Shown here: in pieces, positions 52,015 to 61,445 of the stretch
Numbering within the stretch: the stretch's first letter is position 1
Layout: each line of letters starts with the position of its first letter
NCBI GenBank assembly: GCA_963702005.1
Contig: OY969696.1
Span: forward strand, 3,328,001 to 3,392,000
From: Candidatus Aminicenantes bacterium
Lineage (GTDB): Bacteria; Acidobacteriota; Aminicenantia; Aminicenantales; JAFGBC01
Reading direction: 5' to 3'
DNA length: 64,000 nucleotides
Notes under the pieces: generated by a model
Told to the model about the DNA's origin: nothing
What the model saw: the letters and a program-made list of their open reading frames with translations, nothing else
Databases searched by the model: none
Position numbers and translations under genes: made by a program

Positions 52015-53778
52015 CTAATACCTCCAGCTGGCGAGGTCGGCGCCGGCCGGGGCCGTCTTGAGAATCCGCTCGACGATCCGGGGGATGAACATCTGGTGGT
52101 AGCGCAACCTCGAGATGTAATTGGGTCGGGTGTGGTCCCCGTTCCAGCAGTGTTCGGCCCGGTCGCCGTAATCGACCTCGCCGTCATAAGGAGGGTCCGC
52201 GGCGCTTTTCAGGAAGTCCTCCATGAAGTAGACGGCGTTGTTGAGGTAGTAATTATCCATGTCCCCGCAGTAGATGTGGATCTTTCCCCTGAGCTTGGGG
52301 CCGAGCGTTTTCCAGTCGCGCTCCAGGATGTAGCGGAGGTCGCTCCTCTCGCGCCAGTAGGCGGCCACCGTCGGATCGATCTCGCCCGTCAGCTTGTCCC
52401 AGATCGGCTTGGGGTAGCCGTCCTCGCCGACCGGCCCGAACACGGCCTGCCAGATGTCCCATTGATCGCCCGATCGCGATCGGTTCCCCAGGACGAACTC
52501 ACGGCGGTTGGTTTCTTCGAGAGTGGCGCCGACTTCCCCCAGATAATTCCGGAGCCCGGGCCGCGGCGTTCTCTTCCAGAGGCTGTCGACGTAGTAGGCG
52601 TTCTTGTGTTCGTAGATGTTGACGATCGTGTAGGCGCGGAAATCGATCGGGTCGGGGCAGGCAGCCCAGCAGCCGTTGTAGTCGTCGGGATAGAAGATCT
52701 GAGCGGCCAGCGACTCCCAGCCCCCCGTCGAACCGCCGTATAGAAACCGGGCCCAGCCCTTCCCGGTCCCCCGGTACTTCTTCTCGATATAGGGAATAAG
52801 CTCGTAGGTGATGGCGTCGCCGTAGGGGCCGAGGTTCGCCGAGTTGACGGCGTAGGAGTCGTCATAATAAGGATTGGCGTGCTGGATCATGACCAGGATG
52901 ACCCGCGGAAATTCCTTGGAAGTCCAATCCTTGTAGAATTGATAGGCGTATTCCTGCTGGATTTTATTGTAGCCGTGGATCCGGAACCGCTCGCTGTAAT
53001 CGGGCTTGAGGTCCGGGTCGGGAGGCGTCTCTCGGAAGCCGTCGAAGGTGGCGGGGAAGTGGCCGTGGTTGATGACGAGCGGGTAGCGGGCCCCGGGATG
53101 CTCGTCGAAACCCTCGGGCAGCAGGATACAGGCTCCGAGGTCCATGGGCCGTCCCCAGAACTCGGACAGGAGTTTGCTCCGGATCTTTTCGTGTTTGATA
53201 TATTTTGTGTCCTGGGGAGGCGGGATGGGAGGGATTTCCTTGTCGAGCACGACGGGAATGATCTCGCCGCGTCCGGGGTCGTAATCGATCTTCCGGGGCG
53301 TGCTGATGAGGTTTCCGGGCGCCGTGTTCCAGCGCTGTCCCTCTCCCCTGTCCATGGGGAGCTTCACGGTGTGGCCGTCCGCGCGGTGGAAGGTCTCATA
53401 ACGGTGGAGGAGGGCCTGGACCCAATACTCTCCGCGCGGAACATCGAGGAGGCTTTTCAGCGGATAGCCGAGCGCGGAGCCGTCGATGACGGCGGCCTGG
53501 CCGGGCTTGAGGCCGTCCAGGTCGACGCCGAAGACGAGCTGCGTCCCGGCGCCGTCGCTGATCTGGAAGCGGGGCTCGCTCGTCGGGTCGGTCGAGATCA
53601 TGAGGAGGAGCCGGCCGTCGAGCGGCTCACAGCAAACCGTTTCGGGGAAAGAAATATTGAATCGGGGACCTGCCGCCCGAGCCGCCGTTTGGGCCGAGCC
53701 AAGGGCCGGGATGACGACGAAAAGGACGGCGGCGGCCGCAGCGAACGCGGGGCCAAGCCGGAAATATTTAGGGCTCAT
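52015..53778 (-). CDS. Secreted alpha/beta-hydrolase (putative esterase-like) protein
   Basis: Signal peptide, DSYAVNSANLGPYG, nucleophile elbow GGSTGGW; AAGGAGG RBS. Confidence 0.75.
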   Translation of the reverse strand: MSPKYFRLGPAFAAAAAVLFVVIPALGSAQTAARAAGPRFNISFPETVCCEPLDGRLLLMISTDPTSEPRFQISDGAGTQLVFGVDLDGLKPGQAAVIDGSALGYPLKSLLDVPRGEYWVQALLHRYETFHRADGHTVKLPMDRGEGQRWNTAPGNLISTPRKIDYDPGRGEIIPVVLDKEIPPIPPPQDTKYIKHEKIRSKLLSEFWGRPMDLGACILLPEGFDEHPGARYPLVINHGHFPATFDGFRETPPDPDLKPDYSERFRIHGYNKIQQEYAYQFYKDWTSKEFPRVILVMIQHANPYYDDSYAVNSANLGPYGDAITYELIPYIEKKYRGTGKGWARFLYGGSTGGWESLAAQIFYPDDYNGCWAACPDPIDFRAYTIVNIYEHKNAYYVDSLWKRTPRPGLRNYLGEVGATLEETNRREFVLGNRSRSGDQWDIWQAVFGPVGEDGYPKPIWDKLTGEIDPTVAAYWRERSDLRYILERDWKTLGPKLRGKIHIYCGDMDNYYLNNAVYFMEDFLKSAADPPYDGEVDYGDRAEHCWNGDHTRPNYISRLRYHQMFIPRIVERILKTAPAGADLASWRY

Positions 53779-53861
53779 GTCGACTCCTCCTTTGTCCGGG
53801 TCCGGCCGGACCGGCCGCCCGGTCATAGACCATTAGACACCGGGCGCGGGAGGGCCGTCAA

Positions 53862-56800
53862 CTAGACGCGTTCGCCCCGGCGGAACTTTGCCCCGAAATT
53901 GTCCAGGATCACGTAAACCACGGGCACGACGACCAGGGTCAGGATGGTCGAGCTGATCAGGCCGCCGATGATGGTGAAGCCGATGGCCTGGCGAAAACTG
54001 GCGCTCGCCCCCAGGCCCATGGCCACCGGGATCATGCCCAGGATCATGGCCATGGTGGTCATGAGGATCGGCCGCAACCGGGTCGAGCCCGCCTCGACGA
54101 TGGCCTCGGACAGCTTCGATCCCCGCCGGCGCAAGACGTTGGTGTAGTCCACGAGCAGGATGGAGTTCTTGGTGACCAGGCCCATGAGCATGATCAGCCC
54201 GATGAACGCCACCATGTCGAAGAACTTGTTGGCCAGGAGCAAGCCCAGGACGGCGCCGATGACCGACAGGGGCAAGGCCAGCATGATGACGAAGGGTTGG
54301 ATAAACGAGCCGAACTGCGAAGCCAGGATCATGTAAACGAAGATGATCGCCAGGAACAAGGCCAGGGTCAGGGAGCTGAACATTTGCCGGCTCATCTCGA
54401 CCTGCCCGCTGTACTCAAAACTCACGTCGCTCGGAAATCGGGTGCCGGTCATCATGGCGCTGGCTTTTTGGGTGATCTCGCTCATGGCCCGGCCCTTGAG
54501 GATGTTGGCCGAGATGCTGATGCGGCGGGTGCGGTTGGTGCGCTTGATCTGGGTCGGTCCGTTGACGATTTTAAGCTGGGCGACCTGGTCCAGAGTGATC
54601 GATCCGCCCCGCAGCGTGGGAAGATAGGCCTGGCGGATTTTGTCCAGATTGTCCCGAACGTCCTCCGAGGCGCGGACGCGGATATCGATAAGCTTCTCGC
54701 CCTCGCGATATTTGGAGGCCAAGTCGCCGTCGATCAGGGACCTCATGAGAGAGGCCACCTGAAAAGTCCCCGCGCCCAGCCGGGCGGCCCGGTCGCGGTC
54801 GATTTGAATCTGGATCTCGGGCTTGGGAGGTCTGTTGTTGCTGTTGATATCGACCAAGCCGCTGATGCCCTGCAGGCCCCGTACGACCTCGTCGCTGGCC
54901 TTGGTCAGATGGCCAAGGTCCGTCCCCTTAAGGTCGATCTGAATGGGAAGCTGCTGCATCGTGGAGAAAGCGGCGCCGCCCATGGTCTGGGCTTCCTGGA
55001 AGGTGATGGTCGCACCGGGAATGCCGCTGAGCATGGGCCGCAGGCGGTCCTGATAAGCCTGGGCTTCCTTAGTGGGGAGGTTCAACTTGACATTGATTGT
55101 GGCGACGTCCGATGCGCCGTCGGTCGTACCCACGATGGCGGCCAGGTTCGTGATTTCTGTCTGCTGGCGAAGAATCGCTTCAATCTTCCGGACGATCCGG
55201 TCGGTCTGGTCCAGAGAACTGCCCGAGGCGGTTTGGACGGACAGGTTGAATTCGGGCTGCTGGCCATGAGGGAAGCCGCCCGTTCCGACCAGGGTAAATA
55301 GGTAGGCGCTCATCGCAAAGACAACGATCGTGATGAGGACCATCGTCTTGCGGTGGCTGATCGCCCAGCGCAAAACGGGGCGATAGTTGTTGCCCAGCTT
55401 TTCATAGAATTTGGAGACAAGGCCCTCGAAGCGCGAAGCCAGGGTCTTCCGGCCGCCCTTTTCGGCCTTCCTGAAGAAGTAGGCCGAGAGCATGGGCGCG
55501 AAGGTGAAGGCCTCGAACAGGGAGATCAGGACCGCGGCCGCCACGGTCACGCCGAACTGGCGGAAGAATTTCCCGGCGATGCCCGCGGTGAAGGCCACCG
55601 GCAGGAAGACGGCCACGATGGTCAATGTGGTGGCCATGACCGCCAGCCCGACCTCTGAGGTGCCGTCGCTGGCCGCCTGGCGCGGGGACTGGCCCAGCTT
55701 GTCCATGTGGCGGAAGATGTTCTCCCGGACGACGATGGCATCGTCGATCAGCAGCCCGACCGAGAGGCTCAAGGCCATCAGGGTAATGACGTTGACCGTA
55801 TAGCCCAGGGCGCTCATGACGGCGAAGACGCCGATAATACACACCGGCAGGCCAGCAACGGTGATGATCGTATTGCGCAGGTCGCCGAAGGAAAAGAGGA
55901 CGACCAGGCCGGCGAACAGGATACCCAGGATCAGGCTTCTGATGACCTCGTCCCGGGAATTTTTGATCATGACCGAGGTGTCGACGGTCGGCCGGATTTC
56001 GAGGTCAGGGTTGGCGGCCTCGATGCGGGCCAGGGTCTTATAGACCTGGTCGGCCACCTTGACCGTATTGGTCCCGGACTGCTTCTGAACGACCATGGAA
56101 ATATCCTCCTTGCCGTTCAGACGAGAGATCGTCCGCTTAGTCTTGTAGCCGTCCTTGACCGTGGCGATGTCCTTGAGGAAGACCGGAGTGCCGGCAACCG
56201 TGGCGACGGGGATATCCAGCATTTCCTGGAGGCTCTGGAACTCGGCCTTGGTTCGGATCAGAAAGTCCTGGGACTTCTCGGTCACCCGGCCGGCGGGAAG
56301 GTTGAGGTTTTCGCCCCGGACGGCCTGGCTGACCTGGGTGATGCTGATGCCCAGGGCGTTCATTCGATCGAGGTTCACATCGACCTGAATTTCCCGCTCC
56401 AATCCGCCGATGATGTTCACCGCGCCGACGCCGTCCACCTGTTGGATGAAGGGCTGGATATGATCCTCGATATAGGTCCGCAGCTGGGGCAGATTCATCT
56501 TGTCGCCCTTGCTCTGAACGCCGAAGGATACGACCGGCGCCGCCGACGAGTCGAACTTGTCGATGATCGGCTCAATGATCTCCCGGGGCAGGGTGTTGCG
56601 GATGGCCGCAACTTTTTCCCGGACCTCGGTGGCGGCCAGCTGGGCGTCTTTCTCCAAGACGAATTGAGCCACGACGATCGAGACCCCTTCGGAGGACGTC
56701 GAATAGAGCTTGTCCAAGCCGTTGAGAGTGCTCAGGACGTCCTCGATGGGCTTAGAAACCTGGGATTCCATTTCCTCGGGTCCCACGCCGGGGTTGGCCA

Positions 56801-56945
56801 CGGTGACGGCCACGATCGGCAGCGTGATGTCGGGCATCAGGTCGACGCCCAGCCGGGAATAGGACAGGCCGCCGATGACCACCAGGGCGAGGATGATCAT
56901 CGTTATGAAAACGGGCTGCTTGATGGAAATATCGGCAATTCTCAT
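53862..56945 (-). CDS. RND efflux transporter permease (AcrB/HAE1 family)
   Basis: GVDLMPDI, GLLIDDAIVVRENI, GLVTKNSILLVD and RLRPILMTT motifs. Confidence 0.95.
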   Translation of the reverse strand: MRIADISIKQPVFITMIILALVVIGGLSYSRLGVDLMPDITLPIVAVTVANPGVGPEEMESQVSKPIEDVLSTLNGLDKLYSTSSEGVSIVVAQFVLEKDAQLAATEVREKVAAIRNTLPREIIEPIIDKFDSSAAPVVSFGVQSKGDKMNLPQLRTYIEDHIQPFIQQVDGVGAVNIIGGLEREIQVDVNLDRMNALGISITQVSQAVRGENLNLPAGRVTEKSQDFLIRTKAEFQSLQEMLDIPVATVAGTPVFLKDIATVKDGYKTKRTISRLNGKEDISMVVQKQSGTNTVKVADQVYKTLARIEAANPDLEIRPTVDTSVMIKNSRDEVIRSLILGILFAGLVVLFSFGDLRNTIITVAGLPVCIIGVFAVMSALGYTVNVITLMALSLSVGLLIDDAIVVRENIFRHMDKLGQSPRQAASDGTSEVGLAVMATTLTIVAVFLPVAFTAGIAGKFFRQFGVTVAAAVLISLFEAFTFAPMLSAYFFRKAEKGGRKTLASRFEGLVSKFYEKLGNNYRPVLRWAISHRKTMVLITIVVFAMSAYLFTLVGTGGFPHGQQPEFNLSVQTASGSSLDQTDRIVRKIEAILRQQTEITNLAAIVGTTDGASDVATINVKLNLPTKEAQAYQDRLRPMLSGIPGATITFQEAQTMGGAAFSTMQQLPIQIDLKGTDLGHLTKASDEVVRGLQGISGLVDINSNNRPPKPEIQIQIDRDRAARLGAGTFQVASLMRSLIDGDLASKYREGEKLIDIRVRASEDVRDNLDKIRQAYLPTLRGGSITLDQVAQLKIVNGPTQIKRTNRTRRISISANILKGRAMSEITQKASAMMTGTRFPSDVSFEYSGQVEMSRQMFSSLTLALFLAIIFVYMILASQFGSFIQPFVIMLALPLSVIGAVLGLLLANKFFDMVAFIGLIMLMGLVTKNSILLVDYTNVLRRRGSKLSEAIVEAGSTRLRPILMTTMAMILGMIPVAMGLGASASFRQAIGFTIIGGLISSTILTLVVVPVVYVILDNFGAKFRRGERV

Positions 56946-56958
56946 GGGCGGCCGCTCC

Positions 56959-57870
56959 TTATTTCTGTTCCGTCGCGGAGTCGATGATCTTGATCTTATC
57001 CTTGTCGTTAAGCTGGCCGGCTCCGGTGGTCACCACCCGCTGGCCGTCCTTGAGCCCGGCCAGGATCTCGATGACGTCGCCGGCCACGGTCCCCACGGTC
57101 ACCGGGGCGAGGAGGGCGCGTCCGCCGTCCGCCAGAAAGACGAATTTTTCGCCGGCCCGCTCGACCACCGCGGTCAGGGGCACGACCAGGGCCGAACGCT
57201 TGCTCTCCAGCCACTCGGCCTCGGCGTACATGCCGGGCTTGATCCGGTAGCCGGGATTGGGCAGGGTCAGTTCGACCTCGACCGTCCGGTTGACGGAGTT
57301 GGCGATGGGACTGATGTTGGTCACCCGGGCCCGGAAGGTCTCGCCCGGGTAGGCCTCCAGCGTCACGTCGGCGGCCTGGCCCATCTTGATGAAACGGATC
57401 TTCTTTTCGTCGACGGCGGCCACGGCCTTGACCTTGTCGATGTCCACCAGGGTCATCAACGGGACGGCGGGGTTCACGGCCGCGCCCGGATTCTGAAGAA
57501 GATGAGAGACCACGCCCTTGACGTCGCTCTTGACCTCGAAGTCCTTGAACTCAAACCCGATCTCGTCGCGGCTGACGACGGCCACGGTTTGGCCGGGCTT
57601 GACGACGCTGCCCAGTTGGACCAAGTTTTGGGTGATCTTGCCCATGACCTTGGAATAAAGGGTGATCTCCGCCGTGGCCTGGACGTTGGCCGAGGCGTGG
57701 ATTTTTTCCGTGATCTCGATCGTCGACGGCAGGGCGGTCTCGACCGGCACGACCTTCTCGACCACGGGCTGGTTGGCCGCGGCCTTTTTAGCCGAGTAGT
57801 TGACGTAGGCCCGGTAGCCGATGAAGGCCGCCAGCGCCGCCAGGATGAGGATGATGATGACTTTCTTCAT
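56959..57870 (-). CDS. RND periplasmic adaptor (membrane fusion protein)
   Basis: N-terminal anchor, lipoyl-like halves with almost no helical hairpin, RIKPGMYA and GLKDGQRVVTTG. Confidence 0.9.
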   Translation of the reverse strand: MKKVIIILILAALAAFIGYRAYVNYSAKKAAANQPVVEKVVPVETALPSTIEITEKIHASANVQATAEITLYSKVMGKITQNLVQLGSVVKPGQTVAVVSRDEIGFEFKDFEVKSDVKGVVSHLLQNPGAAVNPAVPLMTLVDIDKVKAVAAVDEKKIRFIKMGQAADVTLEAYPGETFRARVTNISPIANSVNRTVEVELTLPNPGYRIKPGMYAEAEWLESKRSALVVPLTAVVERAGEKFVFLADGGRALLAPVTVGTVAGDVIEILAGLKDGQRVVTTGAGQLNDKDKIKIIDSATEQK

Positions 57871-57884
57871 GGTGGATCCCTTTT

Positions 57885-59201
57885 TCACTCGTAGATTTTT
57901 TTGCCCACGGCCCGGTCCAGGTTATAGCGGGCGAGGATATGGTTGTAAAGAAGCTGGAGATAGTTGAGTTTGGCGGAGTTCAGATTGTTCTGCGACTCCA
58001 CGTAGTCCGTGGCGCTCATCAGGCCCTTTTGATAGCGGTCCTCGGCGATCCGGAGCGCGTCCTCGGCCTGCTTGATCTTGAGCTTTTCGATCACGATCTT
58101 GTCCTCGATCGTGCGCAGGTCGGACAGGTTGGTTTCGATCTCCATTCTGATCGTCTGCTCCAAATTCTTGCGCTGAAGGTCGATCGTCTTCAGGCCGGAC
58201 AAGCCCTCGGCCACCAGGGCGTTCGTCCGGAAGCCGTCAAAGACCGGGAAGCTCAAGGTCAGTGAGGCCATGAAGTTGCCCTTGATCTGGTTGATGTTGG
58301 GCAGGTAGCCGTTCCGGAAATCATAGTTGAGGCCCAGGATGAGGCTGGGTCTGTTGGCGGCCTTCTCGATGTCGATGCCCAGTTGAGTGATCCGGGACTG
58401 GTGGGTCAATTGCTCGAACTCGATCCGCTGGGCGCGGGCGGCGGCCGTCAAGGCCCCTTCGTCCGCGTCTAGAGGCGTGTAGTCCACCTGCCCGTCCGGG
58501 TCGAGGACGGCGTCGGCCGGACGCCCGGCCAGGATGTTGAAGCCGATATTGAGCTTGCGGATGTTGTTCTCGAAGTCCAGGCGCTGGCCGTTCAAGATGC
58601 TGATCTGGACCTCCAGGGTCGAGGTGTCGAAGCTCGAGACGAGACCGGCCTTATAGCGCTCGGTCATGATGTCCCGCTTCTGCTCGAGCAGCTTGATGTT
58701 GTCATCCAGGACCCTTATAGCCTCGCGGAGGAAGATGATGCCGTAGAAGATCGGGGCGACCTGATAGGATACGATCTGCTTGGTCATGTCCAGGCCGTCC
58801 TTGGCTAGCTCCACCCCGGTCCGGCTGAGCTCGATCGATTTTTGGATGCGCCCAAAGGTGAAGAGCTGTTCGGCGGCCGTGGCCCGGAAATCATAGTTAT
58901 TGGGAACCCCGAACTTGGCCTTGTAGGTCTGGCCGAAGAAGGAGATCTCGAACTGCTGGACCAGGGTCATCCGGGTGTAGGTCCCCCCGATGTTCACTTG
59001 GGGGAACAGTTGGCTCTTGCTCTCGTCGACCTTCAGCGCCGCCCCGGCCACGGATTCGCCGGCGATTTGCAGAGCGGGGCTGTTCCGGAGGGTCAAGTCG
59101 ATGCATTGCTTGAGGGTCAATTTGTCCTGGGCCCGGAGGCCGGATGCGGAGACCAGCAGGGTTGCGAGCACGGCGATGGTCCTCGTTAGGATGGGTGTCA
59201 T
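57885..59201 (-). CDS. TolC-family outer membrane efflux protein
   Basis: Signal peptide, duplicated OEP repeats (RYKAGLVS, RYQKGLMS) and LSFPVFDG. Confidence 0.9.
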   Translation of the reverse strand: MTPILTRTIAVLATLLVSASGLRAQDKLTLKQCIDLTLRNSPALQIAGESVAGAALKVDESKSQLFPQVNIGGTYTRMTLVQQFEISFFGQTYKAKFGVPNNYDFRATAAEQLFTFGRIQKSIELSRTGVELAKDGLDMTKQIVSYQVAPIFYGIIFLREAIRVLDDNIKLLEQKRDIMTERYKAGLVSSFDTSTLEVQISILNGQRLDFENNIRKLNIGFNILAGRPADAVLDPDGQVDYTPLDADEGALTAAARAQRIEFEQLTHQSRITQLGIDIEKAANRPSLILGLNYDFRNGYLPNINQIKGNFMASLTLSFPVFDGFRTNALVAEGLSGLKTIDLQRKNLEQTIRMEIETNLSDLRTIEDKIVIEKLKIKQAEDALRIAEDRYQKGLMSATDYVESQNNLNSAKLNYLQLLYNHILARYNLDRAVGKKIYE

Positions 59202-59230
59202 GGGTGCGCTCCTTGAAAAACCTTGCTCTA

Positions 59231-59719
59231 TCAAGCCGGCATTTTGGCGGATTTCCTGTCGTGCCGGACCAGAATGCGAACCAAGGACTCGATGGCCCGG
59301 ACCATGTCCCGGCGGTCCGCCCCGTCGAGCCTTTCCAGAAATTCCTTGATATTCCCCATCAAGCCTTGCTCGAAGTCCTTGATGGCGGCCCGTCCCCGCG
59401 GCGTTATGCGTAGGAGGACCTTCCTCCGGTCATCGGGGGCGTGCCCGCGCAGGACGAGGCCGTCCCGGACCATCCGGTCCAGGAGCTCGGACAGGGTGTT
59501 CTTCTTGACGTTGAGGCTGGCCGAAACGTCGGTCGGGTGGTGAGGTCCACAGCATTCCAGGCACTTCAGGATGTGATAGCGGACGACGTTGGTCTTGGAC
59601 TCGGTCTTGGCTTCCAGCGGGCGAACAGCGACAGGACCTATCCGGATGATGCCGTGGAAAAACCCGGTCAGCGTCATGACCTGGGACGAGACCCTGGCCA
59701 GTCGCTCCATATAGTTCAT
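59231..59719 (-). CDS. MarR-family transcriptional regulator
   Basis: LSELLDRMVRDGLVLRG..DDRRKVLLRITPRG winged helix; first gene of the efflux operon. Confidence 0.9.
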   Translation of the reverse strand: MNYMERLARVSSQVMTLTGFFHGIIRIGPVAVRPLEAKTESKTNVVRYHILKCLECCGPHHPTDVSASLNVKKNTLSELLDRMVRDGLVLRGHAPDDRRKVLLRITPRGRAAIKDFEQGLMGNIKEFLERLDGADRRDMVRAIESLVRILVRHDRKSAKMPA

Positions 59720-59725
59720 GGAGTG

Positions 59726-59754
59726 AATATATCGTATCACGAACCATTTGTCAA
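59726..59754 (-). promoter_or_regulatory. sigma70 promoter TTGACA-N17-TATATT with a TCGT-N3-ACGA inverted repeat in the spacer (candidate MarR operator)
   Basis: The reverse complement reads TTGACA aatggtTCGTgatACGA TATATT cactcc ATG. Confidence 0.7.
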
Positions 59755-59860
59755 CCCCTCAACTCCCCGGCATGAATGCGGAGGCTTGTTCGGGGTTAAC
59801 CCTGAGCCTTGCTTCTCGTCCCCGCCTTTCAGAGCGGGGTAGCGTCGGCGAACGGGTCAA
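59750..59860. mobile_element. Miniature palindromic element, unit D (longest; two IS605-like hairpins)
   Basis: GTCAACCCCTCAA-CTCCCCGGCATGAATGCGGAGGCTTG..GGGGTTAACCCTGAGCC..CCCCGCCTTTCAGAGCGGGGTAGCG-TCGGCGAACGGGTCAA. Confidence 0.75.
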
Positions 59861-59904
59861 GAAGCGGGAGCACAATATCTTCTACCAGGGGAGGCGCGAG
59901 AATC

Positions 59905-60321
59905 TCAACGAATGCTGCGAGCTATTTCGGCCAGAAACTTTTCGATGTCCTTAAGCCCGGTTCGTAGAATATCCCCGACAACAGTATAATCGATCTTTCC
60001 GTAATCGTGGGCGAGGATGTTTCTGAAGCCTACCATTTTTGACAACCTGATTGCCAAGCCTTCGGCAATCACCCGCTCTTCCAATAAAACGGAAAAGCTC
60101 TCGCTCATGGTCGCGGGCTTACGAAAGCCCCTAAAGGCTATTAGCGCATCGGAAAGGTCGATAGCCGCTTGGACGGCTAAATAAAGGTAACGCTCAACCG
60201 CGCCTTTAAGGTCGATATCCTTCTCGATATCTTTCGGCGCAATCTTCTTGTATCGCTCCAATATCTTAAGGTATTTTTTCACCGCGCTTATCTTGTTCTC
60301 GATAACGGCTTTGGTGGTCAT
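59905..60321 (-). CDS. hepT: HepT-like HEPN ribonuclease toxin (DUF86)
   Basis: RX4HXY motif RNILAHDY; AVERYLYLAVQAAID. Confidence 0.9.
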   Translation of the reverse strand: MTTKAVIENKISAVKKYLKILERYKKIAPKDIEKDIDLKGAVERYLYLAVQAAIDLSDALIAFRGFRKPATMSESFSVLLEERVIAEGLAIRLSKMVGFRNILAHDYGKIDYTVVGDILRTGLKDIEKFLAEIARSIR

Positions 60322-60324
60322 GCC

Positions 60325-60720
60325 TTATCTCTCGCTGGTCAAATTGTAGCGCAGGAGCATCTCTCGAAAATCGAAATACTCATGAAGGATTCTCGGCTCG
60401 ACCAAGACTTTATAGGGCTCGCGCTCGAAAATCAGATGGCCGCTGGTGATGATGAGGTATTTCATTTCCGAGTTTTCTAGGTCATTGATTATGACCACAT
60501 CGACGCCATCCGTTTTAAGCAGGCGGCTGATTTCGCCCATGAGCCGCAGCCGGATGTCGGAGACTGTTTTCTTCCGCCCGACTTGGACATAAACGGCGAA
60601 ATCGTAATCGCTCAAGGGGCCGGCCTTGCCCTCGGCCCTCGATCCATAGAAGTAGACGAGCTTAACCTCCCGAATTTTCTCAAAGATTTTCTTGAGTTCC
60701 GATAATTCCCTGTTTTTCAT
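60325..60720 (-). CDS. mntA: MntA-like minimal nucleotidyltransferase antitoxin
   Basis: GSX10DXD motif GSRAEGKAGPLSDYD; VDVVIIN. Confidence 0.9.
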   Translation of the reverse strand: MKNRELSELKKIFEKIREVKLVYFYGSRAEGKAGPLSDYDFAVYVQVGRKKTVSDIRLRLMGEISRLLKTDGVDVVIINDLENSEMKYLIITSGHLIFEREPYKVLVEPRILHEYFDFREMLLRYNLTSER

Positions 60721-60954
60721 GGTTGGAGGCGAATCGCTTGCCGGCCTGATCCCGACAGACCGCGAATTTCATTAGAATAGTAGACTTGCCCGCCAAAATT
60801 GTCAAACCGCTTACATGTGAGCGCCGGCTTGAACGGGTCCCTGCGGCAAGAAGGTAAGCTCCCCCCCGGCCGCCGGCCCGCGACCCGGACCGTCAAGAAG
60901 AACCGGGTCGGACGCGCGCCGGGGCCGAGGGGCGGAGGGATGAGAAAGGTTGCG

Positions 60955-61335
60955 TCAGCTCGTCTTCTTTTTCGCCGTCCAGGGGGCGGCGCCGAAGTCG
61001 CCCATCTGGACTTCGCCCTTCATCGTGTCGCCTTCGACCTTGCCCTTATAGGTCGAGGTCATCTCGCCCCGGGGGGTCGTCCTGGTGATGGCCCACTCGA
61101 TGTCCTGGCCCTTGACCGTGCCGGTCCCGGTCAGCTCGTCGCCGCGGAAGCTCGTCATCTTGACCTTCAGGTTCTCTCCAGTCTGCTCGAAGACGACCGG
61201 CGAGGTCCGTTCGCCGCGCGGGCTCTGGGTCGTCAGGTCCCAGGTCCCGCTGACGTTGACTTCTTGGGACGAAAGGGGAAGAACCGCGCCTATCAATCCG
61301 AACACCACAGCCGCGATCAGAATTCGTTTGAACAT
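60955..61335 (-). CDS. Small secreted beta-barrel-like hypothetical protein
   Basis: Signal peptide; VSGTWDLT...YKGKVEGDTMKG...WTAKK pattern; AAGGAG RBS. Confidence 0.75.
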   Translation of the reverse strand: MFKRILIAAVVFGLIGAVLPLSSQEVNVSGTWDLTTQSPRGERTSPVVFEQTGENLKVKMTSFRGDELTGTGTVKGQDIEWAITRTTPRGEMTSTYKGKVEGDTMKGEVQMGDFGAAPWTAKKKTS

Positions 61336-61445
61336 ATCTTTCTCCTTTGTCACTATCCATTAGACGATCGAAGGCCCAATTTCTTCCGCCGTTGTTTTTT
61401 CTAGGAACCGGGTATAGGATTAATACCTACATCATGGAGGACGGG

